DNA of 39,448 bases from Planctomycetota bacterium (lineage in GTDB: Bacteria; Planctomycetota; UBA11346). The stretch is taken from assembly GCA_013821615.1 (NCBI GenBank), contig JACDGQ010000001.1, forward strand, positions 1 through 39,448, given 5' to 3'. Below are positions 16,534-23,701 of this stretch, in pieces. A model generated the notes under the pieces. The model made no database searches, was not told the origin of the DNA, and saw nothing but the letters and a program-made list of their open reading frames with translations. How positions within the stretch are numbered: the first letter of the stretch is position 1; every line of letters begins with the position of its first letter. The translations under genes were made by a program, and so were the position numbers.

Positions 16534-16961
16534 CGCGTCTCCCAGGAGCGGTAGGTCACCACCAGCAAGCTGGTGAACTGCCGCAGTTCGTTGAGGTGCT
16601 CGTGGGCGACGAGCGGCGCGTGTTCGGCTCCGACCCAGGACAGGCCAGTGATGACCAGCGGGGTGTGCGCGAGATGCAGCGCGAGGCGCTCGACCAGCGC
16701 TTCGAGCGGATCGAGATCCGTGGCGGCATCGGAGGTCAGCCGCTGCTGCACCGCGATCTCGATGCGGTGGTCATGGACCAGCAGATCCCGTGCGGCCGGT
16801 GCGATGGTGCGCCCAGCGGGCACCACGGTGACGCGCAGCGCCTCCATCTCGGTCAGGTCGGCCAGCGGCAACCATGACCGTCCGGCCTGCACCGGGATCG
16901 GACCCGGCACCGAGGCGAGCACCGCCACCACGGCGTCGGCGATCTCAGCGGTCGTTGCCAT
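16530..16961 (-). CDS. Head-tail joining or tail terminator-like protein (143 aa)
   Basis: The assignment rests on position in the connector block and plausible composition. I recognised no family with confidence. Confidence 0.45.
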   Translation of the reverse strand: MATTAEIADAVVAVLASVPGPIPVQAGRSWLPLADLTEMEALRVTVVPAGRTIAPAARDLLVHDHRIEIAVQQRLTSDAATDLDPLEALVERLALHLAHTPLVITGLSWVGAEHAPLVAHEHLNELRQFTSLLVVTYRSWETR

Positions 16962-17274
16962 GAATGGCTCCTTCCGTGACGGCGGTGATCCGGCGGCGGG
17001 TGGGCTCTTCGTTTGCCTCTAGCCAGGTGGCCATGCGCTCCATCGCGGTGGCGTTACGCTCCAGGGTCTTCACTAGCGTCTCGCGGATCCAGCGCTGCTG
17101 GGCGTCGATGGCGGTGGCCATGCGCTTCTCGCGCTGGTGGTCGCGCCACAGAACGTAGGCAACGACCACACCGGCGAGTCCCCACTGCGCCCACAGCGCA
17201 GGCTCGGGCGCATCCATCGGAACCGCTGCGGCGAGCAGCCCGATCATCGCGGTCTTGGCCAGGGTTTCGATCAC
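16945..17274 (-). CDS. Two-TM membrane protein with a charged helical C-terminus (holin-like, 109 aa)
   Basis: GTG 17274 forms a GTGA overlap with the upstream stop. Hydrophobic segments are TAMIGLLAAAVPM and WGLAGVVVAYVLW. The tail is charged (RDHQREKRMATAIDAQQRWIRETL...). Confidence 0.45.
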   Translation of the reverse strand: MIETLAKTAMIGLLAAAVPMDAPEPALWAQWGLAGVVVAYVLWRDHQREKRMATAIDAQQRWIRETLVKTLERNATAMERMATWLEANEEPTRRRITAVTEGAIHGNDR

Positions 17275-17663
17275 AGGGTCTCCGTCTTCACGAGCTTGGT
17301 GTGGATGCGGTAGCAGGCGCGGTTCGGGTCTGACCACCGCCACACCGGTTCGTGGCCGGGAGCGATGACCTCGTAGTGATGGCGCGTCGTCGTGTCGTCT
17401 TCGATCACTCGGTCACCGCGCTGCGGCTGCTGGAAGGCAGGCAGTGCGGCGAGATCGGTGGCGGCGATGAGGAAGTCGCGCGCCTCGATCCGTTCGGTGA
17501 TCCCCGGCCCGACATCGAGCCGGAATATGGTCGTACCCACCGTGGCGGAGGCAGGGACCTCCTGAGTGGCACGGCGATAGCGGACTGGCTTGGTGAGGAA
17601 CTGCTGGCGTTGCCGCTCCAGCCAGGCCAGGCCCTGTCCCAGGACATCAGCGAGAACGTCCAT
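17271..17663 (-). CDS. Head-tail adaptor or head closure protein (130 aa)
   Basis: The gene follows the DUF2190 gene. Its size and pattern are typical of connector proteins. Confidence 0.45.
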   Translation of the reverse strand: MDVLADVLGQGLAWLERQRQQFLTKPVRYRRATQEVPASATVGTTIFRLDVGPGITERIEARDFLIAATDLAALPAFQQPQRGDRVIEDDTTTRHHYEVIAPGHEPVWRWSDPNRACYRIHTKLVKTETL

Positions 17664-17670
17664 GCCGTCC

Positions 17671-18003
17671 TCAGTGGTTCAGCCGCACGCGCACCGTGGT
17701 CGCGGTGTCGAGGGCCTCGGCGGCGGCGATGCCGATCGGCAGCACGCCGATGAGCGCCCCGTCAATTCCCGCGCGCTGGCCAGCGGGATCCCAGAACAGG
17801 CGCCTGCCCTGGGCGATCAGCAGACCGGGCGCGCGCGGCACCTCGAACACGCCGCACATGGCCAGGCTGCCGAGGCTGCCAGCGGGGATGGCGCGGTGGG
17901 CGATGCCGATGGCATCGCCGATCACCACCACCGATCCCACCGGCAGATCGGCCGCCGGAATGTGATCGAGGTACTCGCCGTCGTGGATGAAAGTCGCAGG
18001 CAT
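17671..18003 (-). CDS. DUF2190-family phage head-associated protein
   Basis: The sequence is MPATFIHDGEYLDHIPAADLPVGSVVVIGDAIGIAHRAIPAGSLGSLAMCGVFEVPRAPG...LFWDPAG...TTVRVRLN. This matches the DUF2190 pattern, a family often mis-annotated as a RecA/RadA-like recombinase. Confidence 0.75.
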   Translation of the reverse strand: MPATFIHDGEYLDHIPAADLPVGSVVVIGDAIGIAHRAIPAGSLGSLAMCGVFEVPRAPGLLIAQGRRLFWDPAGQRAGIDGALIGVLPIGIAAAEALDTATTVRVRLNH

Positions 18004-18068
18004 GGATCAGCTCCGATTCAGGGAAGGTGTGGGGATAGACCGGGCCGAGGTGTACGCCTCTCGTTTTC

Positions 18069-19709
18069 TTACGCTTCGCCCTTGGCCTTCAGGCCGGCGC
18101 GCGGCTCCTGCAGAGCGACGCCGAAGTCGTGGTAGCCGCGCATCTGCACGCCGAGGGTGGCGAAGTCGGCCTCGGCGGTTTCGATCACCGGCGCTTCCTG
18201 GCCGTTGAGGAAGACCACCTCGATGGCCGGCAGGTCGTTGGGATCGGCCAGCAGATACCACGCCTTGGACGAGTTGCCGGGGTACTGCGGATTCGACAGG
18301 TAGCGGCTGATCTCGACGCGGAACTTGCCCTGGTGCGGGTTGGCCACCGGGTACTTGGCGTTGGCCGTGGTCTCGCGCAGTTCCAGCGACTTAAACAACT
18401 GGGTGCCGATTGCGGAGAGCGACGGCGGCGCCAGCACGATCGCCGGCATGACGCCCAGCGGCTTGCCGTCGGGATCGACCTGCTCGAGGAAGGCCTGCTC
18501 GGCCTTGGTCAGCCCGTCGATCGACAGCGCGGTGTCGGCGCCGGTGAGGAGATTCTTGTTCGCGGCGGTGAAGAACGCGGCGTGGTTCAGGAACACGGTC
18601 CAGAACACGTCGTTGATCTTCAGGCCGGCGCCGCGCCCGAGCTTACGCGGCACCAGGGTGATCGCGCCGAGGTCGTCGTTGATCAGGTCACGCCGATCGA
18701 TCGAGAACGGCATGTTCAGGCAGCGGGCGATCTCGTTGAGGATCTCGTGTTTGAACTCGCCGTAGGTGGTCGTGGGCTGCTCGGCCCGCATCTGCTCCAT
18801 CTTCCAACCGCCGGGCATCGTCAGCAGCGCGCGCTTCTCCAACTCAATGGTGTCCATCGGTTCGACCTGGTCGGCCTCACCTCCGGCCGGCGCGTCGGTG
18901 TAGACGATGCCGGCGTAGTCGGCGGCAGTCTCGGCCGCCGCGATCACCGCCAGGGTGTAGCGACGCAGTTGTGCGAAGAGCGGAATGGCTGGCGTGATCT
19001 CCGGCACGCCCCGGCGCTGGCCCGGTCGGTCGGGACGGAAAAGATGGATCATCGACGCGACCGGGATGCGGTCGTAGTCCTGGCGCATCGAACCGCGTGG
19101 GCTGCCCGGATGCTCCGTGAGGACATGGTACTCGACCGCGTTCCCGGCCGCATCAAAGACGATGCCGTCGACGGCGTTGACCGGCAGCGACGCGACTCCC
19201 GGCGTCGATACCTGATCCGCCTCGATCAACTTGAGGTCGAGTTGCACCGGCGTGGCGAGCGCAGCGTTCGAGGTCAGCAGCGCGAAGGCCTCGCCGTCCT
19301 CCGCCATCGCAACGCGCATGCAGCGCAGCTTCTCAGCCAGATCGACCGTGCGCGCCCAATCGACGAAGGACCGTTCGATGAAGCGCGCATCGTCGCCGCT
19401 GATGCCCATAAGCTGCAAGCGTGGCCCAGTGCCGACGCAGTCGTTGGCAAGCGTGAGCACGATGCCGCGCGCGTAGCTGTTGTTGGCGACCTCGTAACGG
19501 GCACGGTTACGGAGGGTCCGGCGGACGGCCGGCGACGCCGCAGCGTCAGCCGAGAGCCCGTCCGCCAGTGCCCAATGTCTGCGATTGTCATGGTTGGTCT
19601 GGGCCGCGTCGTAGCGGGCGCGGACCACCGTTCGCCGCCCCCCAGGAGCGGCGGCACGCGTGCGGCCGATGGCGCGAACGCCCTCGATGAGCCGACCGAC
19701 GATGCTCAC
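18069..19709 (-). CDS. Chimeric ORF joining a lambda-family portal N-terminal ~340 aa in frame to the C-terminal ~205 aa of a Mu gpT-like major head protein. It is probably a deletion remnant.
   Basis: The N-terminus RYDAAQTNHDNRRHWALADGLSADAAASPAVRRTLRNRARYEVANNSYARGIVLTLANDCVGTGPRLQ is the lambda-type portal signature, and this similarity runs to ...EILNEIARCLNMPF. After that, SIDRRDLINDDLGAITLVPRKLGRGAGLKINDVFWTVFL parallels the gpT segment I recall from Haemophilus FluMu (ISRDDFEDDNLGIYAPIFQEMGRSAAVQPDELIFKLL). The C-terminus ...FATLGVQMRGYHDFGVAL is also capsid-like. The GTG start overlaps the gpW-like stop. Confidence 0.7.
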   Translation of the reverse strand: MSIVGRLIEGVRAIGRTRAAAPGGRRTVVRARYDAAQTNHDNRRHWALADGLSADAAASPAVRRTLRNRARYEVANNSYARGIVLTLANDCVGTGPRLQLMGISGDDARFIERSFVDWARTVDLAEKLRCMRVAMAEDGEAFALLTSNAALATPVQLDLKLIEADQVSTPGVASLPVNAVDGIVFDAAGNAVEYHVLTEHPGSPRGSMRQDYDRIPVASMIHLFRPDRPGQRRGVPEITPAIPLFAQLRRYTLAVIAAAETAADYAGIVYTDAPAGGEADQVEPMDTIELEKRALLTMPGGWKMEQMRAEQPTTTYGEFKHEILNEIARCLNMPFSIDRRDLINDDLGAITLVPRKLGRGAGLKINDVFWTVFLNHAAFFTAANKNLLTGADTALSIDGLTKAEQAFLEQVDPDGKPLGVMPAIVLAPPSLSAIGTQLFKSLELRETTANAKYPVANPHQGKFRVEISRYLSNPQYPGNSSKAWYLLADPNDLPAIEVVFLNGQEAPVIETAEADFATLGVQMRGYHDFGVALQEPRAGLKAKGEA

Positions 19710-19909
19710 GCCGCCCCCGGAGGGACGAGTTTGCTGATGACGATGCCCTTGCCCCGCGACCGCACCGCGCGCTTGGCCGCCAGGTAACGGTCGGCGGCGA
19801 TCTGGTCGGGCAGGCTGTGCTGCTCGACCGATCCAGCATCGCCCTGGGCCTTCTTGGGACCCTGGGCGTTGTGCTCGATTGCCTGCTCGGTTGGGGTTGG
19901 GTCGGGCAC
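19706..19909 (-). CDS. gpW-like small head-tail joining protein
   Basis: The 67-aa ORF lies between the terminase and portal genes. Its C-terminus RSRGKGIVISKLVPPGAA resembles the lambda W tail (RRRGPAGFYV). The start is GTG with GAGGAA 8 nt upstream. Confidence 0.5.
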   Translation of the reverse strand: MPDPTPTEQAIEHNAQGPKKAQGDAGSVEQHSLPDQIAADRYLAAKRAVRSRGKGIVISKLVPPGAA

Positions 19910-19927
19910 CGTGGAGTTCCTCTATTC

Positions 19928-19966
19928 ATTACTCCCCGCCGACCCCGGATTTTTGTCGCGCGGTTC
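19928..19966 (-). promoter_or_regulatory. Copy X of the repeated element, between the TerL stop and the gpW-like start
   Basis: Read on the minus strand it is GAACCGCGCGACAAAAATCCGGGGTCGGCGGGGAGTAAT. It shares the blocks CGACAAAAA and TCGGCGGGGAGTAAT with copy Y at the same spacing, give or take 1 nt. Confidence 0.45.
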
Positions 19967-19970
19967 TGAT

Positions 19971-22241
19971 CTACCGCCGTTCACTGCGCATTGCCGACAA
20001 CTTCAGACGAGACTTTGGAACACCGCTCAGCTTGACGTCGGTGCTGGGCAGACCGACGCCAAGCATCGACGCGCCCACCGCGCATCCGACGACTCCATCG
20101 AACCAATGGTTATCGAATCCTTCGGGCCGCAGGCGCCACTCATCGACCACGCGTCCACGACCTTCGGTCCGCACCCGGTACTCGGCGGTCAGGTGTTCGG
20201 CGATCAGGCGATGCCGCTCCGGATCATGACCTGGAAGCGACAAGCAGCCGGGATCACCCATCGGCACCGCGAGGCGGGTGTGGATGAACGACTTCCAGTG
20301 GTTGGTGTCGTAAAGCAGATGGCGGACGGTGTGCCTGCCGACCACCGCTGGGATGCGCCAATGGAGACCCGTGCGATCGCCGCGTTTGCGGCGGTACTCG
20401 GTGAATGGAATCGACGCTGCGCCGACGAAGCGGCCGTGGCTGGGCGTGATGAGCGCGGTGTGCGGCGACTGCCGGCAGAATTGGTACACCACGTCGGTGC
20501 TCTGACCCCAATTCGCATCGATCAGCAAGCGCTCGATGGTCAACTCAGCTCCATCGTCCCGGCACCAACGCCGTCCCATCAACTGGCTGGTGGCCGCTTC
20601 GAGGCCGGCGTAAATCTGTCCTTCCAGACCGGCGCCCTTGGTGGCCGCCGCCATGGTGATGCGCAGATCCCGCAGGGTGTAATAGGTCCGGCGCTGGTCC
20701 GGCCAGGTTCCGTAGTCGAGGACGTAGCCGGTGAAATCATCACTCCAGCCGCACACCACCCAGAACAGCGCCTTCTGCTGCACGTCGATGAAGGCCGTGA
20801 GGTGGCTGGCATCGAGCGGCACCACGCCGCGCTCGTGACCGTTGATCTTTGCCATGATCAGATCTGCGGTGAGTGCATCGTTTTCCTCGCTGACCTCGGG
20901 CAGCGGCTGGTTCTGGTACTCGGCCCAGAATGCCACTTCGCCCTGGAGCTTGAGATTCATTGCGTGTTGGAGCGCTGAGACTTCGTCGTGGTTGTAGCGC
21001 GCCTCCCAGGCGACGCGGGCACCGGCATCCATCTCGACGCGGTGGGCCACGTAGTACGCGGTGGCATCCGCCAGTCCGCGCCCAGCACGCATGCCGTCAC
21101 CACGCAACTTGGCGTATTCTTCCCAGCGCTTCGTCGCCGTGGGGAAGCTGTAGACCATCTGCGTCCGCTCACCGTTCCATTCCGGATGGAGGTTCCGGTC
21201 GAGAATCCGGTCGGCCATGTCGGCTGGCCGAATCACCGTGCAGGGCATCATCCCAGCGATCTTCTTGCCGGGACCAGCCAAGCCGAGGACCGCACCAGAC
21301 AAGATCGCTTCGCGGTGCTGGCACTGACTTGGTGAGCGTGCGCTCTCGTCGGTCTGTGGATCGTCGAGGACGACAAGCGATGGACGCACCGCACGGCCAT
21401 CCGGCCGCTTGAACTTCATCCCACGGATGCGACCGGTGATGCCGGCCACCTTGATGATCGCTCCGCTGGCTTTCGATCCTGGGATGGTGGGAAGAATGAT
21501 CTCCTTGGCGGTCCAACCGATGTGCGTGCGGCTGCCTCGGAAGAGCTGGCCGTTGGCGCGGTGGGAGATGCCCTCCAAGGCGTGGATGGGATAGACCGCC
21601 TCGGGGAAATCCGCGAGCAGCAGCTCGTTGATCTCCAACTCGGTCTTCAGCGAATCCAGCATGTCCGAGGCGTGCTGTTCATCGGAGCCGATGAGGCAAA
21701 CGAACTCACGGTGCCCGTAGAGGATCGCCCACAGGCAGGCGCATTCTGCGATTGTGGTTTTTCCGGATCCGCGCGGCATGGCGAGCGCGAACAGGCCGCC
21801 TTGCAGGACGGACTCTTCGACCTTGGCGATGACACGCAGGTGATCTTCTGACCAGCCGAGGTGGAAGACCTCTGGAAAATAGGATTCGCAGAACGCACGA
21901 AAGCTGCGCTCGGCAGTCGCCCGACGCGGCGGGTTCTCTACCGGCGGCAGGTCACCGATGTCGCGGCCCGACTCCGACTTCAAGCGGTCGCGGTCGGCAG
22001 TCGCTTCGCGGTGCGTGGCGTAGCCGCCATCGGGTATGCGCTGCGCCGCTGGTGCATGCACCTGGTCCATGAGCCACGCCAAGTAGCGCAGAAGGTCAAC
22101 ACTGCGGCCGTCGCCGATGCGGAAGCCCGCGCGCGTGCGGTGGCGATGGAGCTGCCGCTCGGAGATGACTGCTCCGAGCGCCGAGCTGTTGAGCAGCCGC
22201 GCGAGATCGGCCGGCTTGAGGTGATGTGGATCAACCGGCAT
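19971..22241 (-). CDS. Terminase large subunit (GpA-type)
   Basis: Walker A is AMPRGSGKTT and Walker B is LVVLDDPQTDES. The C-terminal nuclease region reads LIDANWGQSTD ... GFDNHWFDGVVGCAVGASMLG. I prefer ATG 22241 (MPVDPHH). The first ~60 aa look like a Nu1-type winged-helix segment. Confidence 0.9.
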   Translation of the reverse strand: MPVDPHHLKPADLARLLNSSALGAVISERQLHRHRTRAGFRIGDGRSVDLLRYLAWLMDQVHAPAAQRIPDGGYATHREATADRDRLKSESGRDIGDLPPVENPPRRATAERSFRAFCESYFPEVFHLGWSEDHLRVIAKVEESVLQGGLFALAMPRGSGKTTIAECACLWAILYGHREFVCLIGSDEQHASDMLDSLKTELEINELLLADFPEAVYPIHALEGISHRANGQLFRGSRTHIGWTAKEIILPTIPGSKASGAIIKVAGITGRIRGMKFKRPDGRAVRPSLVVLDDPQTDESARSPSQCQHREAILSGAVLGLAGPGKKIAGMMPCTVIRPADMADRILDRNLHPEWNGERTQMVYSFPTATKRWEEYAKLRGDGMRAGRGLADATAYYVAHRVEMDAGARVAWEARYNHDEVSALQHAMNLKLQGEVAFWAEYQNQPLPEVSEENDALTADLIMAKINGHERGVVPLDASHLTAFIDVQQKALFWVVCGWSDDFTGYVLDYGTWPDQRRTYYTLRDLRITMAAATKGAGLEGQIYAGLEAATSQLMGRRWCRDDGAELTIERLLIDANWGQSTDVVYQFCRQSPHTALITPSHGRFVGAASIPFTEYRRKRGDRTGLHWRIPAVVGRHTVRHLLYDTNHWKSFIHTRLAVPMGDPGCLSLPGHDPERHRLIAEHLTAEYRVRTEGRGRVVDEWRLRPEGFDNHWFDGVVGCAVGASMLGVGLPSTDVKLSGVPKSRLKLSAMRSERR

Positions 22242-22470
22242 GGCCGCCTTCCCGGTGCGCGAGATCACGCACCAGCCAAGCGCCATAGGCGATGAGGTTG
22301 ATGGTGGCATCAGCGTTCTGCGGTGCGCCTGCCGCGAGGTCTGCGCGCACCGTGTCCACCGAGGCCTGCCGCGAGCCGCTGCGCTTCAGCAGCAGGACCA
22401 CGGCCTCCACCGACAGGGCGGTGAGACGGGCTCCGCCGGCATCCGGGGCGTTGGGCTTATCAAGTACCAT
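22231..22470 (-). CDS. Possible terminase small subunit or DNA-recognition protein (79 aa)
   Basis: ATG 22470 gives MVLDKPNAPDAGGARLTALSVEAVVLLLKRSGSRQASVDTVRADLAAGAPQN...INLIAYGAWLV. The HTH-like pattern is similar to the N-terminus of TerL. The ORF overlaps the TerL start by 11 nt. Confidence 0.4.
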   Translation of the reverse strand: MVLDKPNAPDAGGARLTALSVEAVVLLLKRSGSRQASVDTVRADLAAGAPQNADATINLIAYGAWLVRDLAHREGGHAG

Positions 22471-22501
22471 CAGCACCTCCGTGGACCGGGCCGGTTCGCT
22501 G

Positions 22502-22591
22502 ATGATGCACCGACCCCACGGTGCCGGACTCAACTGGATGTGGCCGATGTGCATCGGTAACACGAACCGGAGTCACCCACGGAAACGCCCC
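22502..22591 (+). repeat. Copy A of a duplicated 90-nt module preceding an accessory gene
   Basis: The copy contains ATGATGCACCG, an 18-nt variable stretch, then CAACTGGATGtgGCCGATGTGCATcGGTAACACGAAC and 24 further nt up to ATG 22592. Copy B has the same layout exactly 504 nt downstream. Confidence 0.9.
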
Positions 22592-22954
22592 ATGACCGAC
22601 GCCGCCCAAATCCCTGCCACTACCCCCGCCGCCGAAGCCGCTGGGGTGGTGTTCCGCTCCTTCACCCGCGAGGACTGGCACGGCTTCGCCGGCGCCGAGC
22701 GCTTCGCCGACGGCTCGGAGCCCTTGGCCGCCGAAGGACGCGCCACGCTCGCGGCCAAGCGCGCGTGGTTCGTGATCCTCGATGCTACCGGCGGATGCCT
22801 GATGATCGAAGACGACCCGCAGAACGACTTCGGCGGCTACTGCCTTCACCACGCGTTCGCCTCGCCCGCCGACGCCGAGGCCTGGTTCCGCGCCAAGGTC
22901 GGCACCCCGGCCCACCTGCTCGACTTCCTGATGGCCGGCTTCGCCGCCGTCTGA
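22592..22954 (+). CDS. Hypothetical accessory protein A (120 aa, or 150 aa if it starts at ATGATG 22502)
   Basis: The plus-strand frame has sensible composition (MTDAAQIPATT...FRSFTREDWHGFAGAERF...CLMIEDDPQNDFGGYCLHHAFASPADAEAWF). The overlapping 700-aa minus-strand ORF is Arg/Gly-rich junk. I recognised no family. Confidence 0.6.
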   Translation: MTDAAQIPATTPAAEAAGVVFRSFTREDWHGFAGAERFADGSEPLAAEGRATLAAKRAWFVILDATGGCLMIEDDPQNDFGGYCLHHAFASPADAEAWFRAKVGTPAHLLDFLMAGFAAV

Positions 22955-23005
22955 GCCACAGGGAAAAGTACTACCAGCGAACGTGTTCCGCCGATCACCA
23001 ACAGC

Positions 23006-23095
23006 ATGATGCACCGGTTTTTCACAGCGAAACGCAACTGGATGACGCCGATGTGCATGGGTAACACGAACAGCAGTACCCAACGGAAACCAACC
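23006..23095 (+). repeat. Copy B of the duplicated 90-nt module
   Basis: The copy contains ATGATGCACCG, an 18-nt variable stretch, then CAACTGGATGacGCCGATGTGCATgGGTAACACGAAC and 24 further nt up to ATG 23096. Confidence 0.9.
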
Positions 23096-23638
23096 ATGGC
23101 CAAGCGCCCAACCACCCACTCCACCACCCCGACCGCCGCGCCCACCGAGCGCGACGCGGTCATCGCCAGCATCGCCCAGAGCCACCTTGGTCTGGAGACC
23201 ATGGAGAGCCGGAACCAGGACCGCCTCGATTTCCAAGAGCACTCGTGCCTGTCCATCCGCGACGCCCTGCGCGCAGCCTTCGACGCCGGCCGGAAGTCCA
23301 CCCGTCGCCCTGCGCGCACGGCCACTGCGATCGTGGGCGACCTGGTGCTGACCAGCGCGAAGCCCACCGACGGAACGCCCGGCTGGGCCACCGGCCGGGT
23401 CGGCGCCTTCCGCTTCTGCGCCAAGGTCTACGCCGGGCACGCCCTGGTGCCTTCCTACGAGATCGGCCGCAGCCGGATCTCGAAGCTCGAGCTGCGCCGC
23501 CTCGACACCGACGCGGTTGCCTACGCCTGGGATCGCGGCCTCGACATCCCGGCCGCCGACACCGCCGCGCAGGCTGCGGTGGACTCGCTGGCCAAGCACC
23601 TCGCCGAACACCTCTACGGAGCAGCCAGCGTCGGCTGA
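23096..23638 (+). CDS. Hypothetical accessory protein B (180 aa, or 210 aa from 23006). Its N-terminal domain resembles a short domain recurrent in plasmid and phage polyvalent or anti-restriction-associated proteins.
   Basis: The segment ERDAVIASIAQSHLGLETMESRNQDRLDFQEHSCLSIRDALRAAFDAG matches, from memory, the IAxxHLGIETLETRNSDSLDFHEVxVWxxxxALEAAYxAG pattern (DUF6900-like, unverified). A second domain reads FRFCAKVYAGHALVPSYEIGRSRISKLELRR. Confidence 0.55.
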   Translation: MAKRPTTHSTTPTAAPTERDAVIASIAQSHLGLETMESRNQDRLDFQEHSCLSIRDALRAAFDAGRKSTRRPARTATAIVGDLVLTSAKPTDGTPGWATGRVGAFRFCAKVYAGHALVPSYEIGRSRISKLELRRLDTDAVAYAWDRGLDIPAADTAAQAAVDSLAKHLAEHLYGAASVG

Positions 23639-23649
23639 CCCATCACCCA

Positions 23650-23678
23650 CCCGGCCGGAATTCCTCCGGCCGGGTTTC
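23650..23678 (+). terminator. Rho-independent terminator-like hairpin after accessory gene B
   Basis: CCCGGCCGGA-attcc-TCCGGCCGGG forms a perfect 10-bp stem and is followed by TTTC. Confidence 0.6.
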
Positions 23679-23701
23679 ACCACTGCATCACGGAGATTCC
23701 C

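Noticed and set aside
18129-19787. A 552-aa plus-strand ORF antisense to the portal-derived gene. Similar antisense or alternative-frame ORFs occur over the tail, terminase and helicase genes (for example 5937..6833, 6373..7329, 7801..8703, 19854..20978, 27813..28763 and 29208..30044).
   Set aside because: Each overlaps a frame with recognisable phage protein motifs or tight operon coupling. Their compositions (R, G, A, H, D runs) are those of non-coding frames in high-GC DNA.
22541-22556. A possible sigma-54 promoter (TGGCCGATGTGCAT) in leader copy A
   Set aside because: The GG-to-GC spacing is 9 nt rather than the 12 nt of the TGGCAC-N5-TTGC consensus. Copy B also lacks the TGG (it reads ACGCCG), so the feature is not conserved.
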